In this document: positions 54,372-63,510 of the stretch, one piece after another
Numbering within the stretch: position 1 is the first letter of the stretch
How the letters are laid out: the number at the start of each line of letters is the position of its first letter
Assembly: GCA_032654705.1 (NCBI GenBank)
Contig: JAULAZ010000003.1
Location: 2,695,571-2,759,570, forward strand
Reading direction: 5' to 3'
Length of the DNA stretch: 64,000 nt
Source: Chitinophagaceae bacterium
GTDB taxonomy: Bacteria; Bacteroidota; Bacteroidia; Chitinophagales; Chitinophagaceae
Notes under the pieces: generated by a model
Seen by the model: the letters and a program-made list of their open reading frames with translations, nothing else
Databases searched by the model: none
What the model was told of the DNA's origin: nothing
Position numbers and translations under genes: made by a program

Positions 54372-55577
54372 ATGAACATTTTTTCCCGACATTCTCTTTT
54401 GCTTTTTATCCTGTTCACCTCAGCAACTGCTTTTGCCCAACGGTCAAAAAAAATTCATTTCAAATCTGTTTTAATAGATACCCATAATGACTTTCCTGAA
54501 AAAGCCCTTGACAAAGGTTTAAGTTTTGATCAGTCATTAAAGGGTAAAACACATTCTGATCTGCAACGGATGAAAGAAGGTGGTGTGGATGCACAATTTT
54601 TTTCAATCTGGTGCGATGGACAGGAAAAAGCACCCTATGCTATGGCCAACCGGCAGATGGATACAGTAATGGCGTGGACCAACCGTAATCCGGATAAAAT
54701 GGGACAGGCATTTACGGCGAAAGACATCATTAAAATTACCAAACAAAAAAAGCTCGCCGTGTTATTTGGCGTTGAAGGTGGCCACATGATAGAAAATGAT
54801 TTAGGCAAATTAGATGCGCTTTATAAAAGAGGCGTCCGATATATGACACTTACCTGGAACAATTCTACTGATTGGGCTACATCGGCAGCATACGAAGCTT
54901 CCCCAAACCCCTCACAAGAAGGGGCTTTAGAACCCGAAAGAAAGAAAGGGCTTACTGATTTTGGAAAACAAGTTGTTCATCATATGAATGAACTTGGAAT
55001 GCTGATTGATTTATCACATGTAGGCGAACAGACATTCTGGGATGTAATTAATACCACAACAAAACCAGTTCTTGTTTCTCATAGTTGTGTATACAAACTT
55101 TGTCCGCACCGGAGAAACTTAAAAGATGAACAGATAAAAGCAGTGGCAAAGAATGGCGGTGTTATCCATCTTAATTTTTACAGCGGTTTCCTAGACTCCA
55201 CTTTTGAAACAAGAAGCGATGCGTTCATTGAAAAACATAAAATAGAAATGGATTCACTAAAGAAAATAAACCCTGAGCCTTATTTTATGCAGTTTTATCT
55301 CTTTGATAAATATCCGGATGAAGTAAAGGGGTTGCGACCGCCATTATCATTGCTGCTTGACCATCTTGATTACATTGTAAAATTAGTGGGAGTGGATTAT
55401 GCAGGTCTTGGCAGCGATTTCGACGGCGTTAATTCATTGCCAGAGGGATTGGAAGGTGTGGAAGACTTTCCAAAGATCACAGAAGAATTGGTGAAAAGAG
55501 GATATAGTAAGAAAGATATCCGGAAAATTCTGGGTGGCAATTTGCTTCGGGTGTTGAAGGCGAATGAAGTAAAATAA
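54372..55577 (+). CDS. Secreted membrane-dipeptidase family enzyme (peptidase M19)
   Basis: Signal peptide ending in FAQ. Motifs are IDTHND, FGVEGGH, MTLTWNN, IDLSHV and GSDFDG. It carries an in-frame GC-rich hairpin repeat at 54901-54924. Confidence 0.9.
   Translation: MNIFSRHSLLLFILFTSATAFAQRSKKIHFKSVLIDTHNDFPEKALDKGLSFDQSLKGKTHSDLQRMKEGGVDAQFFSIWCDGQEKAPYAMANRQMDTVMAWTNRNPDKMGQAFTAKDIIKITKQKKLAVLFGVEGGHMIENDLGKLDALYKRGVRYMTLTWNNSTDWATSAAYEASPNPSQEGALEPERKKGLTDFGKQVVHHMNELGMLIDLSHVGEQTFWDVINTTTKPVLVSHSCVYKLCPHRRNLKDEQIKAVAKNGGVIHLNFYSGFLDSTFETRSDAFIEKHKIEMDSLKKINPEPYFMQFYLFDKYPDEVKGLRPPLSLLLDHLDYIVKLVGVDYAGLGSDFDGVNSLPEGLEGVEDFPKITEELVKRGYSKKDIRKILGGNLLRVLKANEVK
54901..54924. repeat. GC-rich hairpin repeat, copy G, in frame inside the dipeptidase CDS
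   Basis: ccccaaacccctcacaagaagggg, translated as PNPSQEG. Confidence 0.55.
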
Positions 55578-55599
55578 TTTATACCTGTAGTTATTTTTT

Positions 55600-55710
55600 A
55601 TGTATGACCAAAACAACAAATCAGCCTGGAAGGGTTGGTTGCTGAAATTTATCCTTTATATCGCCGTAGGATTTCTCTGTGCTTTTTTATATCACCAGTT
55701 AAAAAAATAA
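55600..55710 (+). CDS. Possible 36-aa single-TM micro-ORF upstream of the paralog array
   Basis: ATG-to-TAA ORF MYDQNNKSAWKGWLLKFILYIAVGFLCAFLYHQLKK. Its K-x-x-W plus TM layout loosely echoes the N-termini of the four downstream paralogs. There is no other support. Confidence 0.2.
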   Translation: MYDQNNKSAWKGWLLKFILYIAVGFLCAFLYHQLKK

Positions 55711-55719
55711 TTTTCATTT

Positions 55720-56487
55720 ATGGAAGTACATGCACACACTCATACGCCAAGAAAAAAATGGACCCATTATTTTTTTGAATTCTTTATGCTTTTCCTGGCT
55801 GTGACACTTGGTTTTTTTATGGAAAACCAGCGGGAGCATATCGTTGAAAAAAAGAGAGCCCACCAGTTTTTGCAAAGTATGTTGCTGGATGTACGAACGA
55901 ATATGAAAAACCTGGACTCGCTGATGCAACAAGACCGTGGGATCATTGTCAATCATGATTTGCTGGTAAATTGGTTATTGGCCGACAGCTCAACAATAGA
56001 CAGGGCAGCTTTTTCGAAAAAAATGGGAGCCGTTTGGGTAAGAAATTTTCTGGTGCGGAAAGAAACGTATGAGCAAATGAAATCCTCCGGTTCGCTGCGT
56101 TATGTAGGTGATATTGAATTCCTGAAAAAAATGATGGACTATGAACGCATCACCAATTTTGCGCAATACCGGAACCAGGAGTTTGAAAAAAAATATTATA
56201 CAGAGTTATTTATTCCTGCTCTTTACAGAAGCTATGATCTCACCTGCCAGATCAACCTGGACACAAGCAATCATTCCGATCCATTCAAAATGGAAAAGGT
56301 AGCTCGCCACCATGATGTGCTGAGCGGAAATGATGCAGCCATTTTTCGTCATGATATGGGTGCTGCTTTGACATTGCGATTGGAAAGATTGAGAAGAAGT
56401 CTCGATGCGTTCAGGAATGCAAGAACGGCATGTGTAGAAATGGAGCAATTAATAATGAAACAATTGGGGGGAAAAATTAAAGATTAA
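55720..56487 (+). CDS. Paralog 1 of an uncharacterised HxHxH-N-terminus single-TM protein family
   Basis: 255 aa, starting MEVHAHTHTPRKKWTHYFFEFFMLFLAVTLGFFMENQREH. It is the most divergent member and lacks the C-terminal EYHL. Confidence 0.7.
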   Translation: MEVHAHTHTPRKKWTHYFFEFFMLFLAVTLGFFMENQREHIVEKKRAHQFLQSMLLDVRTNMKNLDSLMQQDRGIIVNHDLLVNWLLADSSTIDRAAFSKKMGAVWVRNFLVRKETYEQMKSSGSLRYVGDIEFLKKMMDYERITNFAQYRNQEFEKKYYTELFIPALYRSYDLTCQINLDTSNHSDPFKMEKVARHHDVLSGNDAAIFRHDMGAALTLRLERLRRSLDAFRNARTACVEMEQLIMKQLGGKIKD

Positions 56488-56492
56488 CTTAT

Positions 56493-57236
56493 ATGGAAGT
56501 ACATGCACACACACATACGGAAAGGAAAAAATGGACCCATTATTTCTGGGAGTTTTTAATGCTGTTCCTTGCTGTGTTCTGCGGGTTTTTGGCAGAGAAC
56601 ATAAGAGAGCATTCCGTGGAAAGACACAGGGAAAAAGAATACATGGTTGCGCTGATCAAAGACTTACAAAGTGACATTACCGGGTTAAGTGATGCAGCTG
56701 CTACAAAATTGAAAAGAATCGCAATGGCCGATTCAATCAATCATCTTTTTGAAAAAGGAGATTTCAAAAACTCTTCGGCTGAAATTTATTTTTTAGGAGC
56801 CCACCTGGGATTCCGGTCCTATTTTAATCCGAACGAAGGCACGATACAGCAATTGAAAAATGCAGGAGGCCTGCGGCTGATAAAAAAAAGAGATGTGGTG
56901 GACAGCCTGCAGCGCTACACAAGCTTCATGCAGGAGTTTCTAAAGTTGCAGGAGCTGGAAGAAAACCAGCTGGAAGAATATATAAAAACAATGAGCAATG
57001 TTTTTGATGCCACTGTTTTGAACCAAATGCTTCCGGGCAAGGGAAAACCAGGTGTTACCAAGTCTGCTGTCAATCTCCCCCTAATGACAGATGATCCGCA
57101 AAAAATTAATGACCTGAACATGAATATCCTTCTCATAAAAGCTAACCGGATGAGTCAACTGGAATATTTTTTGGTGTTAAACAATTATTCCACTTCCCTG
57201 ATTCGTCAGATTAAAGAAGAGTATCACCTGAAATAA
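56493..57236 (+). CDS. Paralog 2 of the same family
   Basis: 247 aa, starting MEVHAHTHTERKKWTHYFWEFLMLFLAV. It has the mid motif QQLKNAGGLRLIKKRDVVDS and the C-terminus EEYHLK. It starts 5 nt after the stop of paralog 1. Confidence 0.75.
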   Translation: MEVHAHTHTERKKWTHYFWEFLMLFLAVFCGFLAENIREHSVERHREKEYMVALIKDLQSDITGLSDAAATKLKRIAMADSINHLFEKGDFKNSSAEIYFLGAHLGFRSYFNPNEGTIQQLKNAGGLRLIKKRDVVDSLQRYTSFMQEFLKLQELEENQLEEYIKTMSNVFDATVLNQMLPGKGKPGVTKSAVNLPLMTDDPQKINDLNMNILLIKANRMSQLEYFLVLNNYSTSLIRQIKEEYHLK

Positions 57237-57330
57237 AAAACCATGATAAATGCTGTATGCTAAATTTTGAATTCCCTGTCAATTTGAAATTCATATAACA
57301 TTCAGCAATTAAAATTCAAAATAATAAATT

Positions 57331-58068
57331 ATGGAAGTACATGCACACACCCATACCGCCCGAAAAAGATGGACCCACTATTTCTGGGAATTTTTTATGC
57401 TGTTCCTTGCCATTACCCTTGGATTTTTTATGGAAAACCAACGGGAGCATTATGTAGAAAGAGAACGGGAAAAGCAATACATCAATTCTATGATCAATGA
57501 CCTGAAAACGGATACCGCTTTCTTTTCATCCGCCATTGCTTCAAACAGTGCCAACCAGCTCAGAATGGATTCACTGAAAATGCTGCTGAAAAATTATACC
57601 TGGGGTCATCCCACTGTTGATATCTATTACCTGGCACGAAGGATCACCTACCTGAGTGAACGGATGCAATACAATAACCGGACATTTGAGCAACTGAAAA
57701 ATTCTGGCGGGCTGCGACTTATCCGCCGCCATAATATCCTGGATTCAATCAGCCAGTATTACGAATCGCTGAGATGGATGGATGTAGAGATTGAACAAAA
57801 AGCCCAGTTGATCAGTAACCTTGTTTTTGCCAATGAAGAAATGTTTGATGCCTGGACTATGATTGCTATTTCTGAATCGGGGTTTAACCGACCTTCAGAA
57901 ACACCTCCGCTGCTTCAGAATGACAAGCTGGTGTTGAACAGGTATATTTACCGTTTGGGGTTTTTTAAAGCCGTAGACAATTCTATACTATCCAAAACAA
58001 AAGAAGAATTTCTGCCCAATGCCATTCGGCTGATCGGGTTATTAAGATCGGAATATCATCTGAATTGA
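57331..58068 (+). CDS. Paralog 3 of the same family
   Basis: 245 aa, starting MEVHAHTHTARKRWTHYFWEFFMLFLAI. It has the mid motif EQLKNSGGLRLIRRHNILDS and the C-terminus SEYHLN. Confidence 0.75.
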   Translation: MEVHAHTHTARKRWTHYFWEFFMLFLAITLGFFMENQREHYVEREREKQYINSMINDLKTDTAFFSSAIASNSANQLRMDSLKMLLKNYTWGHPTVDIYYLARRITYLSERMQYNNRTFEQLKNSGGLRLIRRHNILDSISQYYESLRWMDVEIEQKAQLISNLVFANEEMFDAWTMIAISESGFNRPSETPPLLQNDKLVLNRYIYRLGFFKAVDNSILSKTKEEFLPNAIRLIGLLRSEYHLN

Positions 58069-58138
58069 GAGGAGCAATAAGCTGTTAGCTGCGGGTCACA
58101 AGAAAAAAATAACTAAAAATCAATAACAAGCTACCAAT

Positions 58139-58876
58139 ATGGAAGTACATGCACACACTCACACCGAAAGAAAAAAATGGCACCATTACTTTTGGGAATT
58201 TTTTATGCTGTTCCTGGCGGTTACGCTTGGGTTTTTTGTAGAAAACCAACGGGAGCATCTGGTGGAGCATCGCAGAGAAAAAGAATCCATGGTTTCTCTT
58301 GTAAAAGACCTTGAACTGGACACTGCACAATTGTCAAGGATCAGAAACTACCGTCTCGATAAGTTACATACAATAGATTCATTAATCATGTTCTTTGTGG
58401 ACCATCCCGGTGGAGTAGTCCCTGCTTATGGATATACATTAGCGAAAAAACTTTTCGGACATGCCGCTTTTTTCCAAAATAGCGGCACACTCGACCAGTT
58501 AAAAAATGCAGGTGGGCTTCGATTAATCCGGCACAGAAATGCAGTTGACTCCATTGAGTCCTATGACCAGCAGGTAAAACGTATTGCTTTGCGGGATATT
58601 TATGAAACTAATTTTTTTATTGACAATAACAAACTTCTTGAGCAATTATTTGATGGTAGGGCCTTGTTAAAAATTTATGCAGATACCACTTATTATAAGA
58701 AGCCTGTATCTCCGTCGGCTGCAATAAAACTGAATGAACAATATGCAGGCGAATACCTGAATAGCCTGAGAACTTTTCAATTTTTGGTGCGGCAGAATAT
58801 GGAACTTCAAGCAACGGTTAAGGCAAAAGCTGCCCGCCTGATCACATTGATCAAAAAAGAATATCACCTGGATTAA
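58139..58876 (+). CDS. Paralog 4 of the same family
   Basis: 245 aa, starting MEVHAHTHTERKKWHHYFWEFFMLFLAV. It has the mid motif DQLKNAGGLRLIRHRNAVDS and the C-terminus KEYHLD. Confidence 0.75.
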   Translation: MEVHAHTHTERKKWHHYFWEFFMLFLAVTLGFFVENQREHLVEHRREKESMVSLVKDLELDTAQLSRIRNYRLDKLHTIDSLIMFFVDHPGGVVPAYGYTLAKKLFGHAAFFQNSGTLDQLKNAGGLRLIRHRNAVDSIESYDQQVKRIALRDIYETNFFIDNNKLLEQLFDGRALLKIYADTTYYKKPVSPSAAIKLNEQYAGEYLNSLRTFQFLVRQNMELQATVKAKAARLITLIKKEYHLD

Positions 58877-58886
58877 CAATAGCTGT

Positions 58887-61118
58887 ATGAAAAAATTATT
58901 CTTTCTCCTTGTACTGCCCGTTCAACTCTTTGCCCAGAATTTTTCCAAAGAAGAAATTTCCCGATGGGAAAAACAATCTGAACAAGTAACTATCATAAGA
59001 GATAACTGGGGCATCCCGCATATCTATGGCAAAACAGATGCTGATGCTGTTTTCGGACTGATGTATGCCCAATGCGAAGATGATTTTAAGCGGGTAGAGA
59101 TGAACTATATTGAAAAGCTGGGAAGGATGAGTGAAGTAAAAGGCGAAACTGAATTATATTACGACCTCCTTATCCGGATGATTATTGATTCTTCAGATGC
59201 GATTACGGATTATAAAAAATCTCCCGGCTGGTTGAAAAAACTCTGCAACGCATTTGCTGATGGCATTAATTATTATATATATAAACATCCGGACGATAAG
59301 CCGGTATTGCTTTCCCGTTTCAAATCCTGGTATCCTTTATTATGGACAGATGGAAGCATCGGCGCTATCAATACTGCAGACCTTAATGCCTCTGATCTGA
59401 AAAATCTTTATTCCGATACAAATGATATTAGTCATGCCGGGCCTGACCCGGCATCTTTCTCACAAAAAGTAAGAGAAGAAGATGACCCAACCGGCTCCAA
59501 TGGCTTCGCTTTTTCTCCATCAATAACAGAATCGCATAATGCCATTTTATATATCAACCCGCATGTTACTTTTTATTTTCGCCCGGAAGTGCATATGGTG
59601 AGTGAAGAAGGATTAAATGTTTACGGAGCTGTTACCTGGGGTCAGTTCTTCGTGTACCAGGGCTTTAATGAACATGGCGGATGGATGCATACCAGCAGCT
59701 ATGTGGATGCGGCAGATACCTACATTGAAAAATTATCGAAAAAAAACAATGAATGGGTGTATGAGTATGATGGCAAACAAAAACCGGTGAAGGAAGAAAA
59801 AATTGTATTAAAATATAAAAGCGGAAATGAAATTAAATCAAAAACTATTGATGCATTATTCACTCGTCATGGCCCCATCATGGCAAAACGAAATGGCGAT
59901 TACCTGAGTGTAAGGGCTGATAATAGAATCTTGAATGGCCTGGTACAATGCTGGCAACGGAATAAAACAACCAGCTTTGATGATTTTAAAAAAACACTGG
60001 ATTTAAAAGGAAATATCTCCAACAACACCGTGTATGCCGATGCGGAAGGCAATATTGCTTACTGGCATGGCAACCGCATTCCTGAACGAGATACAAAATA
60101 CGACTGGAGCAAGCCGGTGGATGGAACAACCCCCGCCACAGAATGGAAAGGATATCATAGCATCAGTGAAATAGTTCAATGTATTAATCCGCCGAATGGC
60201 TGGCTGCAGAATTGTAATTCCACTCCTTTTACCGTGGCCGGAACTAACAGTCCGAAAAAAGAAAACTATCCCAACTACATGGCGCCTGACGGAGAAAATT
60301 TCCGCGGCATCAATGCGGTGAGAGTTTTAAATGAAGAGAAAAAATATACTATTGATAAAGTAATTCAAGCCGGGTATGATACACGTCTTTCAGCATTTGA
60401 AGTATTGATTCCAGCTCTTGTAAAAGCATTTGATAACAGTGTTTCTTATCAGGATTCATTGTATGCATATCTCATCGGTCCGGTGACGCTGCTAAAACAC
60501 TGGAATTATAAATGTGGTGAAAATTCAATCGCTACCACACTGGCTGTGGAGTGGGGACAAAAATTATTGCCCGCTATCTTCCGCACCAAAGTGGTGGGCG
60601 ATGAAGAAGATGACCAGGTAAACAGGACAAAACAATTTGCCGCTACTGCATTGCCACAGGAGTTACTTGAACCGATGATGACTACCATTAATGATCTCAA
60701 TGAAAAATTTGGGCGATGGCAGATGCCCTGGGGAAAGATTAACCGCTTCCAGCGCATTTCATCTGACATCGATAATAAATTTAACGACAACAAAGCAAGC
60801 ATCCCTGTTGGTTTTGTATCTTCCACATGGGGAATGCTGCCTTCTTATACCAGCAAAATATTTCCCGATACTAAAAAAAGATATGGCGTAAATGGAAATA
60901 GTTTTATTTGCGCTGTAGAATTTGTCCGCAAGGACTCCTTTGGAGGCAAAAGAATAAAAGCAAAATCATTACTGGCCGGCGGAGAAAGTGGCGATGAGAA
61001 CTCCAAACATTTTTTTGACCAGGGAATGATGTACAGCAAAGGACAGTTCAAAGATGTATTGTTTTACAAAGAAGATGTGCTGAAGCATGCAGAGAGAAGT
61101 TATCATCCGGGAGAATAA
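58887..61118 (+). CDS. Secreted penicillin/cephalosporin/AHL acylase family protein (Ntn hydrolase, peptidase S45)
   Basis: 743 aa with a signal peptide ending in FAQ. It has the N-terminal RDNWGIPHIYGKTDADAVFGLMYAQCEDDF and the internal GSNGFAF, the expected autoproteolytic Ser nucleophile context. Confidence 0.85.
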   Translation: MKKLFFLLVLPVQLFAQNFSKEEISRWEKQSEQVTIIRDNWGIPHIYGKTDADAVFGLMYAQCEDDFKRVEMNYIEKLGRMSEVKGETELYYDLLIRMIIDSSDAITDYKKSPGWLKKLCNAFADGINYYIYKHPDDKPVLLSRFKSWYPLLWTDGSIGAINTADLNASDLKNLYSDTNDISHAGPDPASFSQKVREEDDPTGSNGFAFSPSITESHNAILYINPHVTFYFRPEVHMVSEEGLNVYGAVTWGQFFVYQGFNEHGGWMHTSSYVDAADTYIEKLSKKNNEWVYEYDGKQKPVKEEKIVLKYKSGNEIKSKTIDALFTRHGPIMAKRNGDYLSVRADNRILNGLVQCWQRNKTTSFDDFKKTLDLKGNISNNTVYADAEGNIAYWHGNRIPERDTKYDWSKPVDGTTPATEWKGYHSISEIVQCINPPNGWLQNCNSTPFTVAGTNSPKKENYPNYMAPDGENFRGINAVRVLNEEKKYTIDKVIQAGYDTRLSAFEVLIPALVKAFDNSVSYQDSLYAYLIGPVTLLKHWNYKCGENSIATTLAVEWGQKLLPAIFRTKVVGDEEDDQVNRTKQFAATALPQELLEPMMTTINDLNEKFGRWQMPWGKINRFQRISSDIDNKFNDNKASIPVGFVSSTWGMLPSYTSKIFPDTKKRYGVNGNSFICAVEFVRKDSFGGKRIKAKSLLAGGESGDENSKHFFDQGMMYSKGQFKDVLFYKEDVLKHAERSYHPGE

Positions 61119-61143
61119 AATTTTTAATCATAATTAAATTATT

Positions 61144-61689
61144 ATGGAACAGACAACACTTGGTATCGGCACACGGTTACAACACACCCATCACGGCCCG
61201 GGTGTGATAGTAGGCATACGTTATGCTACTTATCTTATTTCTTTTATCAATGTGGGAGTAAAAGAAATTGATAAAACAGATGATAAGCTGGATGAAATTA
61301 TTCCGGAAAATGTAACGGAAGAAATAGAAACGCACAGCGAGGTCGAGAAATCGTTACTGAAAATTTTACGACTCTGGGGCGGGTTAACAGAAAATGTGCC
61401 GTTGGGTGATAAATGGCACGGCGGTATGATGCTGCTTCAGCCGGCTGATAAATCACTGAAGCCTAAGGAAATTCCTATTGCTGATTTTTTTCATAAAGTA
61501 GTGATGCTGCATGACCGGCTGCGGGTGCTGGAGCAAAACATCAACAGTAATAAAAAACTGAGCGACGAAGACAAAGCCAACATCCAGCAATACATTACCC
61601 GCTGCTATGGCTCATTGACCACCTTCAATGTGTTATTTAAAAATAAAGAGCAGTGGTTTGTGGGAGAGAAGGGAAGCAAGGAAGATTGA
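61144..61689 (+). CDS. Hypothetical cytoplasmic protein
   Basis: 181 aa with no signal peptide. No motif was recognised. It is tightly packed between the acylase and the D-aminoacylase. Confidence 0.5.
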   Translation: MEQTTLGIGTRLQHTHHGPGVIVGIRYATYLISFINVGVKEIDKTDDKLDEIIPENVTEEIETHSEVEKSLLKILRLWGGLTENVPLGDKWHGGMMLLQPADKSLKPKEIPIADFFHKVVMLHDRLRVLEQNINSNKKLSDEDKANIQQYITRCYGSLTTFNVLFKNKEQWFVGEKGSKED

Positions 61690-61742
61690 GCCCTGCCAAA
61701 TGAAATGTTAAACAGCTACGCCACATTTCTTAACTTTCCGAA

Positions 61743-63323
61743 ATGAAATGGTTGTTTTTTCTTTTACTCTTCCCTTTTTTTGCGGAAGCACAGGACCCGA
61801 TAGCTATCGGGTGTGATATTCTTATTACCAATGGAAAAATTATTGATGGCACCGGTAACAGTTGGTATTATGGAAACATCGCTGTTAAAGACGGAAAAAT
61901 TATTAAGGTTGGAAGAGAAGTGAATCTTTCAGCCAGAAAAATTATTGATGCAAAAGGATTGATTGTGGCTCCCGGTTTTATTGATGTGCATACCCACCTG
62001 GAAGGCGATGAAAGCAAAGACCCCGAAGCAAAAAGTTTTATTTATGACGGCGTAACTACCTGCATTACCGGCAACTGCGGCTCTTCTAATATTGATATCG
62101 GCAAGTATTTAAAATGGATTGATTCATTAAAACTTTCTATCAACATTGCAACACTGATCGGGCATAATGATGTAAGAAAAAAAGTGATGGGCCGTGCCAA
62201 CCGGGATGCAACACCCGATGAAATGAAACAAATGGAAAATATTGTTGACAAAGCAATGAAGGATGGTGCCGTGGGTTTTTCAACCGGGCTGATTTATATA
62301 CCGGGCACTTATACCAAAACTCCTGAGATCGTTGAGCTGGCAAAAATTGCTGCAAGGTATAACGGTGTTTATGCCACACACATGCGGGATGAAGGTGATA
62401 GTGTTACTTATGCCATCAATGAAGCATTGACGATTGGAAGAGAAGCAAAAATTCCGGTGGAGATTTCCCATTTTAAATTAAGTGGTCAGCAAAACTGGGG
62501 ACGCAGCAAAGAAACCGTGCCGATGATTGAAGCGGCGAGAAAAGAAGGGATCGAAGTTACGATTGATCAATACCCTTACACCGCCAGCAGCACTTCCATC
62601 AGCACATTAATACCGGATGAAATACTGGCCGACGGGCAGGACTCTGTTAATGCAAGATTAGAAAAAAGGGAAATAAAAAAATACGTCATCAGTTCTTTGC
62701 TGAAGCGGCTGAAAAAAAGAAAGCTGAAACATTTCAGCTATGCAGTAGTAGCTTATTATTCTCCCGACACCACCTATAATGGCAAAAGCATTGAGCAGAT
62801 CAATTTAATGAAAGGCAAAAAACATAAAAGAAAAGCCGAAGCAGAAACCATTATAGACATTATGAAGACTGGTGGCGCCAGCGCTATATTCCATGGTATG
62901 AGTGAGGAGGATATAAAACGAATTATGAAATACCCGTTCAATATGTTTGCCAGCGATGCCACCATCAGAACATTGGGATCGGGCATGCCGCATCCAAGAG
63001 GTTATGGCACCAATGCAAGAGTGCTGGCAAAATATGTGCGGGATGAAAAAATTATTTCTCTTGAAGAAGCCATCAGAAGAATGACTTCATTACCTGCTCA
63101 GAAATTTCAATTGAACAACCGGGGACTGCTTCGTGAAGGTTACGCTGCCGATATTGTGATCTTTGATGAAAAAGAAGTGCAGGATGTTTCTACGTATGAT
63201 AAGCCGCATGCCTATTCAAAAGGTTTTCATTTTGTATTGGTGAATGGAGTGTTGACAGTGGAAAATGAAAAGCATATCGGTGCAAGGGCAGGTCAAGCAT
63301 TATATGGTCCAGCTGTTCATTAG
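61743..63323 (+). CDS. Secreted N-acyl-D-amino-acid deacylase (D-aminoacylase) family amidohydrolase
   Basis: 526 aa with a signal peptide ending in AEAQ. It has the metal-binding PGFIDVHTH and family-typical segments GFSTGLIYIPG and ISHFK. Confidence 0.85.
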   Translation: MKWLFFLLLFPFFAEAQDPIAIGCDILITNGKIIDGTGNSWYYGNIAVKDGKIIKVGREVNLSARKIIDAKGLIVAPGFIDVHTHLEGDESKDPEAKSFIYDGVTTCITGNCGSSNIDIGKYLKWIDSLKLSINIATLIGHNDVRKKVMGRANRDATPDEMKQMENIVDKAMKDGAVGFSTGLIYIPGTYTKTPEIVELAKIAARYNGVYATHMRDEGDSVTYAINEALTIGREAKIPVEISHFKLSGQQNWGRSKETVPMIEAARKEGIEVTIDQYPYTASSTSISTLIPDEILADGQDSVNARLEKREIKKYVISSLLKRLKKRKLKHFSYAVVAYYSPDTTYNGKSIEQINLMKGKKHKRKAEAETIIDIMKTGGASAIFHGMSEEDIKRIMKYPFNMFASDATIRTLGSGMPHPRGYGTNARVLAKYVRDEKIISLEEAIRRMTSLPAQKFQLNNRGLLREGYAADIVIFDEKEVQDVSTYDKPHAYSKGFHFVLVNGVLTVENEKHIGARAGQALYGPAVH

Positions 63324-63510
63324 CAATTTAATAATTTCTGGATTGTTTCATCATGCCCTGCTTTCGTCAAAAAATTATTTTCCGGCTCAACATTAAAGGG
63401 CATAAGCGTATCTAAAGATGTACAACGCATCAAAGGTGAGTTTAATAACCCCAAACACTTTTCTGCAATCCATGTTGCATTTACTGCTGCAGATGTTTAA
63501 GAAAGGACTG

